Positions 40,349 through 54,186 of a stretch of 64,000 bases of DNA are shown here, in pieces. Numbering within the stretch: position 1 is the stretch's first letter; every line of letters starts with the position of its first letter. The translations under genes were made by a program, and so were the position numbers. The DNA comes from Eledone cirrhosa (Eukaryota): positions 21,204,001-21,268,000 of the forward strand of contig OZ024750.1 of the NCBI GenBank assembly GCA_964016885.1. Reading direction: 5' to 3'. The notes beneath the pieces are model-generated. The model ran no database searches. It was given only the letters and a program-made list of their open reading frames with translations, and was not told where the DNA came from.

Positions 40349-40959
40349 ATAAGCTTTATATTACATACAAGTCACGAAATCTTTCTTTCAATGACAGTAG
40401 GAATATATTTATCTTTCTCAATAAGCGATCAGTCTCATAAAAATGACTGTAAACTATGTCAGTGGAAAGGCCTTAAATAAACGTAATTATGTGCTACTCT
40501 AATCGAACGTACTACCTGAAGCTGTCTGTTATGCCAATTAAAGACGCCTACATTACCGACAGTAACTAGAATCAGTTTCTCCAAGATGTCTCCTTATAAT
40601 TCAATATAAGTTCATTCTGCGTATTGCAATGTTCCTTATCTACAGTTTCCATCTGTCTATTTCCTCTATTCACATATTTTATTTTTCTATTTCTCCAGGC
40701 CCATTCCTACACTTCATTTCTCTCTTCACTTTGTATCTCGTTAGTACAACAAAATTGGAAGAATCGTATGTTAGTATGAACAAGGTTTTCGTCAAATAGA
40801 TATGTGCTTCGTCAGTTCGTGTTACCTCATGGCAGAATTTACATTCAATTACCGCGTAACAAGGATTCCGAAACTTTACAGCCTATTTCAAAAAACTAGC
40901 TCAATTATACAATGCCTTGAAATAATAGTTCATATTATTATTAAAATTGTAAGTTAATT

Positions 40960-41170
40960 TGGCAATATCGATAGAGAGTGTCTAACAACATGTTTTGCAG
41001 CATACAGTTACGGCCCATTTACGTTATGATTATAAATCCCGCCGAGGTTAGCTTTGCCGTTCATCCGTACGGGATCGATAAAGTAAAGTACCAGTCAAGC
41101 ACTGGGGTAGATTTAAATCCAATTCTTTCCTCCACAAAAGTGATGGCCTTGTTCCTGAATCAGAAACTAA
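40960..41170 (+). mobile_element. Diverged family A SINE
   Basis: TTGGCAATATCG...AAATCCCGCCGAGGTTAGCTTTGCC.TTCATCC...GATAAAGTAAAGTACCAG. Confidence 0.8.
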
Positions 41171-41579
41171 TGTTATATTCACTGATCAAATTTATGAGGC
41201 ACATTTGTTTGAGAGAGATTTCAAGTTCCGCCTCTTGTTGCTTACTCAATCATTTTTGAACAGTGAAATCCTATATTGCTTCCCCTTGCATTTTTCCACA
41301 ACACACCATTTATATATAGTTGAATGGCCTTCTGTTTAGGCCATTCAACTTTTCAACTTTTTAGGACATTTTCCAGATTATGCCATGACCCAATGAAACA
41401 GTGGTAGTCGGGAATGCTTTTTTTTAATAGAAGTAAAATCTATCTTTGATTGTATACGCAGCTTACATATATAGACAAATTAAACTGCAAGGAATTTACT
41501 GGGAAATTGGAAAAAATTTACTGAAAAATAAGGGTAAAAGAGAAATCTACTGAAAAAAAAGAGTAAAAGAGAAATCTAT

Positions 41580-41758
<179 letters not shown>

Positions 41759-41806
41759 GCGCATATACATACGCATGTGCATACTCATGCACACACATAC
41801 ACACAC

Positions 41807-41843
<37 letters not shown>

Positions 41844-42052
41844 AGATAAATAAGTGTGTATGCGTGCTTAAAAAGAAAAATATTGTTTATTAATACATTT
41901 CTGAAGCCTACTATTAACAAGTCAAGCCATATCATAGTTTATTTTTTCTGTCTTCTGTATAGAATTGAAATTCTCCCATCTTCTCAATCGTTGAGACGTT
42001 TTCATTTTTATTTTCGTTAAATATAAATGTTTTTCCAGCTACGACTATTAAT

Positions 42053-42252
42053 NNNNNNNNNNNNNNNNNNNNNNNNNNNNNNNNNNNNNNNNNNNNNNNN
42101 NNNNNNNNNNNNNNNNNNNNNNNNNNNNNNNNNNNNNNNNNNNNNNNNNNNNNNNNNNNNNNNNNNNNNNNNNNNNNNNNNNNNNNNNNNNNNNNNNNNN
42201 NNNNNNNNNNNNNNNNNNNNNNNNNNNNNNNNNNNNNNNNNNNNNNNNNNNN
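42053..42252. other. Assembly gap (200 N)
   Basis: Run of N characters. Confidence 1.
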
Positions 42253-42286
42253 TTATTCTAACTACCTATCTTCATATTTACACACG

Positions 42287-42471
42287 ATAATTGTTTCTAC
42301 TTTTGGCACAAGGCCAGAAATTACCCAGTGCATTACTGGTACTTTATTTTATCAACCCCGTAAGGATGAAAGGCAAAGTCAACCTCGGATTTGAACTGAG
42401 ATCGTAAAGGGACGTAACTATGCTGGAAAGCATGGCGTCCGACCCTCTACCGACACTGCCAATCCACCGCC
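42287..42471 (-). mobile_element. Family A SINE, full length
   Basis: Runs from the tail to the head (CTGCCAATCCACCGCC). TACACACGATAAT is repeated at about 42279 and 42501. Confidence 0.88.
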
Positions 42472-43867
42472 TCTAAACATATATATATATATGCAGATGA
42501 TACACACGATAATGATGAGAAAAAGTTCTGTAAATGTTGTACTGTGTCCATGCAATTCACATGTCAAAGTACGACACAAAGATTTATATATGTAAATTTC
42601 TATATACAGAATTCCCGACTGAATTTCAGAAATGATATTTCTGATAGATTTAGTTTGCTCTCCAGTGATCAGGCAAAGGTATATCTACAAATGACTTAGC
42701 CTCTTTGGAAATAAGTCAGCTGTTTAGAATGTTTATTACACTTGGGGATGTAAACGATACTTATTCTATGTCTAGATATTTGAGATAAATATATATATAT
42801 ATGTATATATGCAGATGATACACACATTATAGATGTGAAGACTTTGCTGCATCCATTGCGAAAGCTCTCTCATTAGAAACACATACACTGTGCTACAAAT
42901 TCATGATGATAAAGAGTCTACAAGCATATCAATTTATAGCTTCTTGTTATTACACAGTTGGATATTTGCTACTAGTTTAGCAATTCAATCTCGATTCCGA
43001 ACAACAGCTCGGTCTCTTTTGATTCCCAATACTGCAATAACCAGACAGCAAGCGGGAGGTTGGATTAACTAGAATCCCCGTCTTTGATTATAGCGTTGTA
43101 TGTGTTATATCTATGCAAATAACTCTTCCAAATATGGAGTCGGTAAAAATTGAATGCGATGGAAATCGTTTCAACTGCAAGGGTGGAAACAATCAATAAT
43201 TCATTAGCAAACAACGAAGTTAATATTTAAACACGAATTATATTTTTTTTCAAAGGACTAAACAAAATAATGTATTAAGGTTCATGAACAATTTCGTTGT
43301 ATAAAAAGGAATCAATTATTCATTTTGAGGGGCAATTCTTTGATTTTTCAATACGGATTATGCATTATTTGCTGACTAAATATTTGTCGTTCTGGTTCTG
43401 TATTTCGTTGTAAGAGATACTTAATAATGTTGTTAACATGGCTGGTTTTGTGGATTACACCAATGCTACTAATCATTACAAATACATGATTACCAAAATA
43501 CCGGACATAACGCCTTGCTGGACGTGCCACTATTGCATGTTTGTGCCATGCTCCATTTGAACAGCGGCCATTCATTTTGCCGCAACCAATATAAAAATAT
43601 TACAGCAATGCAGCAATTACTAACAAGCCCAGTGTATAAATGAATGCGCCATTTCTTTCCAACAATTCCAGATCAGTGACAATGTGTGAGGAAATATTAT
43701 CCCTTTTACATACACCTCCAACCACTATTAACGACACACATACACCTATATACATACACTCAAAGGTACATACATAGGTACATACATGTATCCATATGTA
43801 TATACATACATATGTATTCATGTATTTTTGTATGTATGCATGTACGTGTATGTGTGTGTGTGTGTGT

Positions 43868-43914
<47 letters not shown>

Positions 43915-44278
43915 TGTGTGTCTGTGAGCACGTATGCGTGTGTGTATGTATATGCTTGTAAGGTTTATATATGTGAGAGAGACAGAAAGACAGGGATATG
44001 TAAGTTCACATAGAGGAAGGAGTGTATATTTATAGCTCAGTGTGTCTCCCGACTTGTATTCATGTGTTTCCTATCGCACAGTATGTATTCCATGCACATG
44101 CTAAAATAGAAGCTACGTCTACCTCGAATCAAATACTAAGCTAATGAATATCTACTAAGACATACTTCTAAATAGATATGGTGGCCGTTTGTGAAATACA
44201 TCTCATCAAATTTCTTCTCAATCATGACTTACCTAAGGCTAAACAACAATAACAACTGATCCACACAGACACACACAT

Positions 44279-44349
<71 letters not shown>

Positions 44350-44379
44350 GTGTGTGTTTGTGTGTGTGTGCGTTTATGC

Positions 44380-44528
44380 TGGGTTCAATCTGGGGTTAAC
44401 TATAGTAAGTAAGGAAGGTACTCTATACATAGTAAAGTATATATAATGTTTAATATAGAAATGACTTCTACAGGACTAGAAATGTTTCATTCGAATGAAA
44501 CATTTCTAGTTCTGTAGAAGTCATTTCT
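44380..44528. mobile_element. Microsatellite-embedded element ending in a 72-bp palindrome (family P5)
   Basis: 44457-44492 versus 44493-44528 has one mismatch and no loop. There is an ~75-bp one-sided extension and (GT)n and (CT)n flanks. Confidence 0.7.
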
Positions 44529-44585
44529 CTCTCTCTCCCTCTCTCTCACCCCTCTCTCTTTCTCTCCCCTCTCTCTCGCCCCCTC

Positions 44586-44629
<44 letters not shown>

Positions 44630-46742
44630 TTTTTTATATATATATGAATTTCATTACTATTTCAAAAGCGCCGTGGATTGGCAGAAACGTTCACGCCTAG
44701 GACAAAAGGATTTGCTGTTAACAACTCTATATATTGTGAGATTTAAATTTCATTCTTCCGGACCTCAAGTGAACTACCAACATATTTCTACTTCCAACTA
44801 CGGTGCTGAATTGGCAGAATCGGAAGGGCGTTGAACTATAAGATCACCGTTATTTTCTCAGAAATTATAACTTCCTACCTCAATTTTGTCTAATACTACT
44901 ACTATTACTATAACTGATGCCCGTGTGGCACCAGTAGTAACAATGTTAGTAGTAACAGTAGTGCTAGTGTTGTTACTCTTGCATTTAATAAATAAATTAA
45001 CAAATTGTACCAATGATGAAATACGATGTGGAATTGAGCTGCAAGATTCACTACAAAAATATATTGTCTCTCTGTACAAACAATTTTAGAATGTTGATTT
45101 TAAACACAGGCACACGGATATACACACCTATGTAATGTTTGATGTTGATAAGCAAACGTATATTAATAGAAATCTTCGTCATTCGTTTACAATGCTCAAA
45201 GATATGATCAAACGGCTAGGGCTTTGGTTGGGAGATTGCTCACATTTGTTGCCGTGTATATTAGGCTGAGGTACATCAACCGTAGAGCTGTTACACTATT
45301 AAGACTGTAGCAAATCAATAGTGAACCCGGATCAATCGCAAACGTTCAATAGTTTTGCTACATCATGCTACTAATATATAAATGCGTAAGGCCACTTCTC
45401 GCTCTCTATCCATCCGTCAGCAACTCACTTCGTTCACTGTTTTCCTACTCATGTCGAGGATACAACGAGCGCACTGTGATTGGGAAATAGTAGTGCTGGG
45501 GGGCACAATATAATGCATTCAGGCCACACGATAAAGGGGTAAAGTTGGTGAACAATAACGTTCACCAAGTTAACTCTGTATAAAGACAAATTCAGTGTCA
45601 TATCAAGTCTGGCAGTTGCTAGTCCTAGTGACCCGATAATGGCGTTACGAAGAGCATCCAACTGCAGAAACCATGCCAGAATGGAAGGTATAAGCGACAC
45701 GCTATCGTTTAATCTGTCTGGTCGCAGAACGTGACAACCCGATTAACGCAGGCAAGCATAGAATTTAGATGTAAACCGATGATGATGGAGGTGATGACGA
45801 TTTTGATGATGAGGACGTGGTGGGCGATGAGGGTTATGATGTTAAAAAGTAAAACGTTCCCCGTATTCAAATATGGTTCATAAAACTGCAGAATATGTGA
45901 TAGAATCTGTTATCTCTCTACTGTAAACGACCAGGTCGTACCAGTAACTACACTGATCATTTAATGTAGTGTAGCTAGGGAAAGTAAATGTAGTCAATAA
46001 TTCACTTCTCTATTTTATAACTACGGGGATTCATTATAAATCAATATCCCGAATCAACGAACGTAAACCGCTATCAAATAAATATATATGTTTGCTTATC
46101 TCTTTTTTTTATTTTACGTGGTATGTAAAATATATAGATTTACTGAAGTAACAACATATGAGCCGAGATTACTTTTCTGATAGCATTGACTTAGTTGTGT
46201 GTGACCAAGTGAAAAATACATAATTCAACCGCTCCTATCGATTTGAAATGTCAAGTATGTGAGATATTACATATTGATGTGAAAATAGTTAAAAATAAAT
46301 ATTTAAATTACTCTACCCAACTGTAATAGGTGTAAAGCTGTTTCACACTCACAAGGGTTGTATTTTGACTCAGATGTTACCTATTGAACGTTTCCTTTTT
46401 ATTTTTATTTCATATGTATACAACACCGACCATTACCGTTGGGTCATGTTCACTTAAAACTATGTTTTAAATAGTTAAAATATACACAGACATGTCTCTC
46501 TTTCAATCTACTCTCTCAAAATCACCAGTTCTTTATCTCTATCTTTCTCCCTTTCTCTTTATGAATTTACCCGAAAAAAAAAACCCGAATCTCGGGAACC
46601 CGTGCTCCGATTTACGCGAAACTTCTTTTATTCCATTTGTAATCCCATTTCACGGTCAAATTCCTTTCAAAGTATATTCCCATTATGCACCGTTTTGGTT
46701 GTATTAAATTACGGACAAGACACAATCACAGAGTTTTAGTAG

Positions 46743-46805
<63 letters not shown>

Positions 46806-46806
46806 A

Positions 46807-47014
46807 AGGAACGATCGACTTTCGTCAAATCGGACCGAGGGAACAATGTTTCCGTTGTCTTTCCAATTTCTATCGGTCGCAACTCCAGGTAGAAGGAGCA
46901 ACGTGAAATAAAGTGTCTTGCTCAAGGACATAACGCATCGCCTCGTCCAGGAATCAAACGCACAACCTTACGATTGCGAATCCAAATCCCTAACAACTCA
47001 GCCACACGCCTTCA
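46807..47014 (-). mobile_element. Family B SINE, full length
   Basis: Reverse complement of the 5016 and 51094 copies. Confidence 0.85.
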
Positions 47015-47377
47015 CCACTCAGCCACACGCCTTCACCACTCAGCCACACGCCTTCACCACTCAGCCACACGCCTTCACCACTCAGCCACACGCCTTCACC
47101 ACTCAGCCACACGCCTTCACCACTCAGCCACACGCCTTCACCACTCAGCCACACGCCTTCACCACTCAGCCACACGCCTTCACCACTCAGCCACACGCCT
47201 TCACCACTCAGCCACACGCCTTCACCACTCAGCCACACGCCTTCACCACTCAGCCACACGCCTGACCACTCAGCCACACGCCTGACCACTCAGCCACACG
47301 CCTTCACCACTCAGCCACACGCCTTCACCACTCAGCCACACGCCTTCACCACTCAGCCACACGCCTTCACCACTCAG
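46996..47377 (-). repeat. 21-bp minisatellite (ACTCAGCCACACGCCTTCACC, 18 copies) derived from the SINE 5' end
   Basis: Sixteen identical 21-mers, two adjacent 20-bp variants (47248, 47268) and a partial unit. There are no spacers. Confidence 0.95.
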
Positions 47378-47554
47378 TGATATATATATATATATATATA
47401 CCTCAGCGCAGCCATACCCTCCGGTGGAGCACGTTTCCTTGATAATGTTTTGCTAATTTATTGTGTAACTAACTCTATACTGAATTTGTCCTTTTGATTG
47501 AGTGCTCTAGAAACCTTGGATATAACATCGCTTTTAACATATATTAATATATTA

Positions 47555-47850
47555 GTGCGTAGCTCCGAGATCAGAGAGTCACGCCGGTAGAACCGCTATT
47601 TTTTCGAATGTAGAGACCACACCTCTGATACTATGGGCACGTGAGTAGAAAGAATGACACTGGAAAGACTCGCGGGACAAATGTTATGGGCAAAACCAAC
47701 CGCCAGGAGACCCAGTGGTAGACCCTGTGCAGCAGGGTTAATTAACTTCTATAAGCTTGGGGATACAGCCTGATCAGTGGGAGACGTTTGCTTCTGAGAG
47801 GAACCCCTGGAAGGTATGTTTTGAGGAATCTTCCGCCTCGACCTTCTTGG
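47555..47850 (+). pseudogene. RTE-clade (Rex3/Expander-like) ORF C-terminal fragment
   Basis: Translates across frameshifts to VRSSEIRE..EPLFFRM*RPHL*YYGHVS-RMTLERLAGQMLWAKPTARRPSGRP...LGIQPDQWETFASERNPWK, matching the RTE pattern LRWFGHV.RM...R.P.....A...R.RGRP. Confidence 0.8.
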
Positions 47851-48229
47851 GTATATATGGAAGAAGAAGGATATATACATATTTGTTTTGCAATGTTTTT
47901 GATATGAAATCGTGTGTGGAAACAAATATCGTTCTACTTGGGTAGGGCCATATTGTTATAATATTGCCAGAAATATTAATCAATGATAACATTGATTGCC
48001 AAAGAAATTAACTATGGAGTTATAAAAGATACAGAAGCGAAAACTAACCAAACAGTGAGTGTGTTCTGTTATTATTTCTGGCAATATTATAACAATATGA
48101 CTCTCCCCGTGTATATATATATATATATATATATAAATACAATCATGCAACTACGCGATGACATGTGAATGGAGAGGGGAGTTGAATTTTTGTATGTGTG
48201 CATGTATAGGTATGTTCTGTGCGTAAAGA

Positions 48230-48717
48230 TATTTTTTTAAAGTGAGGAAAGACTGTGCACTGAGCCAATCCCTCTCTCTGAGCGACAGTAGCTATAACCT
48301 GAAAAGAAGAAAAGATCAACATCATCGGTAACTACTGAGCCGCAGGTTTTATGTTGTAGTTATCCCAGTTTCCTGAGTTGCCTTCTCCTAGAAGTATGCC
48401 CTGACAAAGGCTAGGGGTCCTTCACTCCCAGTGGTTTAACCGCGCGATCGGGTGTCCAGCCCGACTATTTCTATGTCCCAGCACATATACATACACATGC
48501 ACCCATGCATATACACATATTAATATACATACATATGTACATCTGCATATACATATTTACAGACTTTTGGATGGCCGTTGACTCTTATGAGTTCTTCCAC
48601 CCTTTGTCAGGTTTTGTTTTTTGTCCTGCAGGGTGTCCAAAACCACCCTCCTCACCAAGTAAGTTGGTGGAGTTGCCGGTTTAGTCGCCGACGACCCGGC
48701 CATGCGAGAGGTTGTAC
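48230..48717 (-). mobile_element. Second RTE-group 5' UTR-like copy, interrupted by a microsatellite
   Basis: Its reverse complement aligns with about 32275-32610 (GGCGACTAAAC.GGCAAC.CCACCAA...GGTGAGGAGGGTG; TAGCCTTTGTCA.GGCA...TTCTAGGAGAAGG). Confidence 0.55.
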
Positions 48718-49245
48718 ATACATACATACATATATACACATATATGTATACGTATATACAGAACGCACAGATATTTACGTAGGTCGTTTTCATCTGGCAC
48801 ATCAACTTTTAGCTTTGAAGTTAAAATCCTTCTCCTTATTTGTAGTGAAACATGTTATTAATCTTATCTAATGAGTCTATATTACTTTATATGTCTATAT
48901 AAGTTGGAATGCGTGTTATTCACCACAACAGGATTTTATGTCTAGATGCTGTAATATATGTTACAAAGCGTATGTCTATATATCTTTATATGCTGGAATT
49001 TATGTTATGAAGTATAGATTTCAAACGACTCTATATATTATTAACCTAGATGTTTATATATGAAAATATATGTTGGAATATCTGTTATTAACTATAATAT
49101 ATCTAATATGTCTATAAACAAATGACAAACGTCTACCAAATGACAATTGATTCCCATCTATCTTTTTCCTGTTTTCTCACTTCGTTCGCGAATCAATTCT
49201 TCCATCAATATATCGGATATATATATGTATGTATATATATATATG

Positions 49246-49282
<37 letters not shown>

Positions 49283-49340
49283 GTGTGTGTGTAATATGGA
49301 AAACGAAGAATTCAGTGATGCATCAGAACACAAATTTATT

Positions 49341-49417
49341 ACCTATTACAAATGTTTCGCCGGCGAATATCTCGAGGTGCGAACCTGACTCTGGATTCGC
49401 AAGTTCCTCAGATACGT
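49341..49417 (-). ncRNA. Type I hammerhead ribozyme motif, partly decayed (family P6, island 49293-49428)
   Basis: The minus strand reads ACGTAT-CTGAGGA-acttGCGAAT...ATTCGCcggc-GAAA-CATTTG-TA-ATAGGT. Stem I pairs 5 of 6, the core is canonical, stem III is ACA/TGT and the triplet is GUA. The base of stem II is mismatched. Confidence 0.6.
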
Positions 49418-50442
49418 CTAGTGATTTATATGTATATATATGTGTGTGGGTGTGTGTTTGGGGTGTGAAATATCCATGTATATTACCGTTTATACATACT
49501 AGCGGAAAGCCGATTAATTTTAAATTCTTGTATGACAAACGAAGAACATAGTTGAAACAATAGTCGATTGCTATAAATAATAGTTAACATGGTCGGTTAC
49601 AATATCCCTGTGAACCGGCTGATAGGAGTCAAGCCTTAGATTCTGAAGTTGATGCCAACAACATTTGGACAATGCTAATGAAATATATTCTGCATCATGC
49701 TAATAAAATAACTCTCACGGCGATATTAGAAATATTGGAATCTGAATGCTGTACCGTCTATCTTTATTGATATTAACCTCCGTGGTGTTACAATTTTCTT
49801 AATATTTGGGTTCATATATGGAGATCTCAAAAAGCAACATTATTAAAGGTGGGCAGAACAAACGCATTGTGAATATCGATTTGAGCAGAAGGTTCTAAGA
49901 ATCCAAGAACATATCCTGCATATCCTTATGTGTGTAATCCAGCTTAAATTGCTATTGTCTTTCACCCTAAGCGTTTCTGTGTTAATGAATACCATTGGGG
50001 TTTCGCGTTGGCAGAGAGAATATGGTAACTTAAATGCATACTAGAGGGTGACCACAAAAACACTCCTTGGTTTCAAATACTTATAATATGAAAAGTTAAA
50101 TGAATAGTCTTAAAATATTGGTGGAAATAAATATTCTTAAAATATTAGAAGTAAATTTCATGATATTATAAATATTTGAAATCAAGGATTATTTCCGATG
50201 TGGACAATATTAAATTATTCTTCATTTTGTAGCATATTGTTCCATTATTGCTGTTGTTCTACTGCGCATGGCTCTTGGACATGAAGCTAAAACTGGAAGC
50301 GCGTATAATCGCGATCGCAAGCACATATATATGTAAATATATATACACATACATACATTCATATTGATATATATTTATATGTATCCATACATACATTATA
50401 TATATGAGTATACATGTATGTATACATGTGCATATGTATATA

Positions 50443-50515
<73 letters not shown>

Positions 50516-50811
50516 CATATATTATATACATATACGTATATTATATACATATATATATTATATACATATATATATATATATATATATTATATACATATAT
50601 ATATATATTATACATATATATATATCTTATACAAAATATATATATATGTATATAATATATATATATATGTATATAATATATATATATGTATATAATATAT
50701 ATATATATATGTGTATATAATATATATATATGTATATAATATATATATATATATTTATATAATATATATATATATATGTATATAAGTATATAATATATAT
50801 ATATATATATG

Positions 50812-50850
<39 letters not shown>

Positions 50851-51093
50851 ATATATATATGTATATAATATATATATATATGTATATAATATATGTATAT
50901 AATATATATATGTATATGATAAATATATATATATAATATATATATAATATAAATATATAATGTATATATATATATGTATATAATATATATATGTATATAC
51001 TATATATATATGTATATAATATATATATATATGTATATATATATGTATATAATATATATATAATGTATATATATATATATGTATATATATATA

Positions 51094-51314
51094 TGAAGGC
51101 GTGTGGCTGAGTGGTTAGAGAATTGGATTCGCAATCGTAAGGTTGTGAGTTCGATTCCCGGACCAGGCGATGCGTTATGTCCTTGAGCAAGACGCTTTAT
51201 TTCACGTTGCTCCTTCTACCTGGAGTTGCGACCGATAGATAGTATTAGCAATTGGAAAGACCAACGGAAACATTGTTTCCTCGGTCCGATTTGACAAAAA
51301 AGTCGATCGTTCCT
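51094..51314 (+). mobile_element. Family B SINE, full length, within a TA satellite
   Basis: A box TGGCTGAGTGG, B box GAGTTCGATTCC, CORE-like block and tail. Confidence 0.88.
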
Positions 51315-51529
51315 TTAATATATATATGTATATAATATATATATAATGTATATATATATATGTATATAATATATATATGTATATAATATATATATGTATA
51401 TATGTATATAATATATGTATGTATATATGTATATATATATATATGTATATAATATATATATGTATATATGTATATAATATATGTATGTATATATGTATAT
51501 AATATATATATATATACATACAATATAAT

Positions 51530-51740
51530 TTGTCCTGCGTCTCCAATAGACCAGTGTCTGTCCTTAGGTCATCAATATACGTTAACCTTGGTCTTCCTCT
51601 TCTAGTGTGTCCATGTAGGGGCTCCCAAAGGAGCACTGAGTGCAATGTCAATTCTGGATGACGGTGAGCATGTCCAGCTAACCTTAGTCTCCTCTGTGTC
51701 ACTTTTGAGCTGACTTTTTGGATGCTCCCATACAGCTCTG
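51530..51740 (-). pseudogene. RTE-group (RTEX-like) reverse transcriptase ORF C-terminal fragment
   Basis: Open frame ELYGSIQKVSSKVTQRRLRLAGHAHRHPELTLHSVLLWEPLHGHTRRGRPRLTYIDDLRTDTGL, with the typical RRL..AGH..R...LW.P.HG...RGRP..TY.D.L..DTG motif. Confidence 0.85.
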
Positions 51741-51744
51741 ATAT

Positions 51745-51762
51745 AATAGATATATATACATG

Positions 51763-51823
<61 letters not shown>

Positions 51824-51926
51824 CTATATATATATGTATATACTATATATATATGTATATACTATATATATATGTATATACTATATATATATCTATATAC
51901 TATATATATATATATATATATGTATA

Positions 51927-51967
<41 letters not shown>

Positions 51968-51968
51968 C

Positions 51969-52048
<80 letters not shown>

Positions 52049-52536
52049 TATATATATATGTATATACTATATATATATGTATATAATATATATATATATG
52101 TATATACTATATATATATGTATATAATATATATATATATGTATATCATATATATATGTATATATATATATGTATATCATATATATATGTATATATATATA
52201 TTTATATACTATATATATATGTATATAATATATATATATATATGTATATACTATATATATATGTATATAATATATATATATATATATGTATATAATATAT
52301 ATATATATATATGTATATACTATATATATATGTATATAATATATATATATATATATGTATATAATATATATATATGTATATAATGTATATAATATATATA
52401 TATGTATATAATGTATATAATATATATATATGTATATAATGTATATTATATATATATATGTATATAATATATATATATGTATATAATGTATATAATATAT
52501 ATATATGTATATAATGTATATAATATATATATATGT

Positions 52537-52572
<36 letters not shown>

Positions 52573-53334
52573 ATATATATATATGTATATAATATATATA
52601 TATATATATATATGTATATAATATATATATATGTATATAATATATATATATATATATATATGTATATAATATATATATATGTATATAATATATATATATA
52701 TATATATATGTATATAATATATATGTATATAATATATATATATATATGTATATCATATATATATATATGTATATAATATATATATATATATATGTATATA
52801 ATATATATATATATATATATGTATATAATATATATATATATATATGTATATAATATATATGTATATGTATATAATATATATGTATATGTATATAATATAT
52901 ATATATATATATGTATATCATATATATATGTATATAATATATACATATATATGTATATAATATATATATATATGTATATATATATATATGTATATAATAT
53001 ATATATGTATATAATATATATATATATGTATATAATATATATATATATATGTATATAATATATATATATATATGTATATAATATATATATATATGTATAT
53101 AATATATATATATATATGTATATAATATATATATATATATGTATATAATATATATATATATATGTATATAATATATATATATATATGTATATAATATATA
53201 TATATATATATATGTATATAATATATATATATATATGTATATAATATATATATATATGTATATAATATATATATATATGTATATAATATATATATATATA
53301 TGTATATAATATATATATATATGTATATAATATG

Positions 53335-53368
<34 letters not shown>

Positions 53369-53705
53369 TATGTATATAATATATATATGTATATAATATA
53401 TATGTATATTTAGAAAAAATATATATATGTATATAATATATATGTATATGTATATAATATATATATAATATATATGTATAATATATAGATATGTATATAA
53501 TATATATAATCTATATGTATAATATATATATATGTATATAATATATATATAATATATATGTATATAATATATATATATATGTACATAATATATATATATT
53601 TATATATGTATATAATATATATGTACATAATATATATATATGTATATATATATATATGTATATAATATATATATATATTTATATATATATGGATGTATAT
53701 ATAAT
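51745..53705. repeat. ~2-kb TA-derived satellite (TGTATATAA/TGTATATAC plus (TA)n units)
   Basis: Directly visible. A related array lies at 50440-51090. Confidence 0.97.
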
Positions 53706-54015
53706 GTATTTTGCAATATAATTTATGCATTAAAAGCATTGTGAAGACCGTAAGCTATTGTTTTAAAGTAGTGACAAATTCACTCACTTTGATCTCAGCA
53801 AACAGGGGAGATAAGCCGACAAGTCTTGTTTCGCTTTGGTTGAAGCTTATCAAGGCCAACTACCCCACCTGTTTACTGAGATCATTGATGTTATATTCTT
53901 ATAGAAATGCAAAATACATTATATATACATCCATATATATATATTGCTATTTCCGAGCTCCAATTCTAATTTTTAGTATATATATATGTATATATATATA
54001 TATGTATATAATATA

Positions 54016-54097
<82 letters not shown>

Positions 54098-54109
54098 ATA
54101 TGTATATAT

Positions 54110-54186
54110 ATAATTGTTTCTACTTTTGGCACAAGGCCAGCAATTACCCCGGTAAATTACTGGTACTTTATTTTATCGACCCCGTG
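54110..54186 (-). mobile_element. 5'-truncated family A SINE
   Basis: ATAATTGTTTCTACTTTTGGCACAAGGCCAGC...TTTATCGACCCCGT. Confidence 0.85.

Noticed and set aside
46918-47377. CRISPR-like array or repetitive protein (TTQPHAF)n
   Set aside because: The units are contiguous with no spacers and are copies of the adjacent SINE head; the context is eukaryotic with no cas genes.
51094-51170. tRNA gene (also the heads at 5016, 32068, 35925 and 36522)
   Set aside because: A and B boxes are present, but the acceptor stem does not pair, the anticodon region varies between copies and each head runs into a SINE body.
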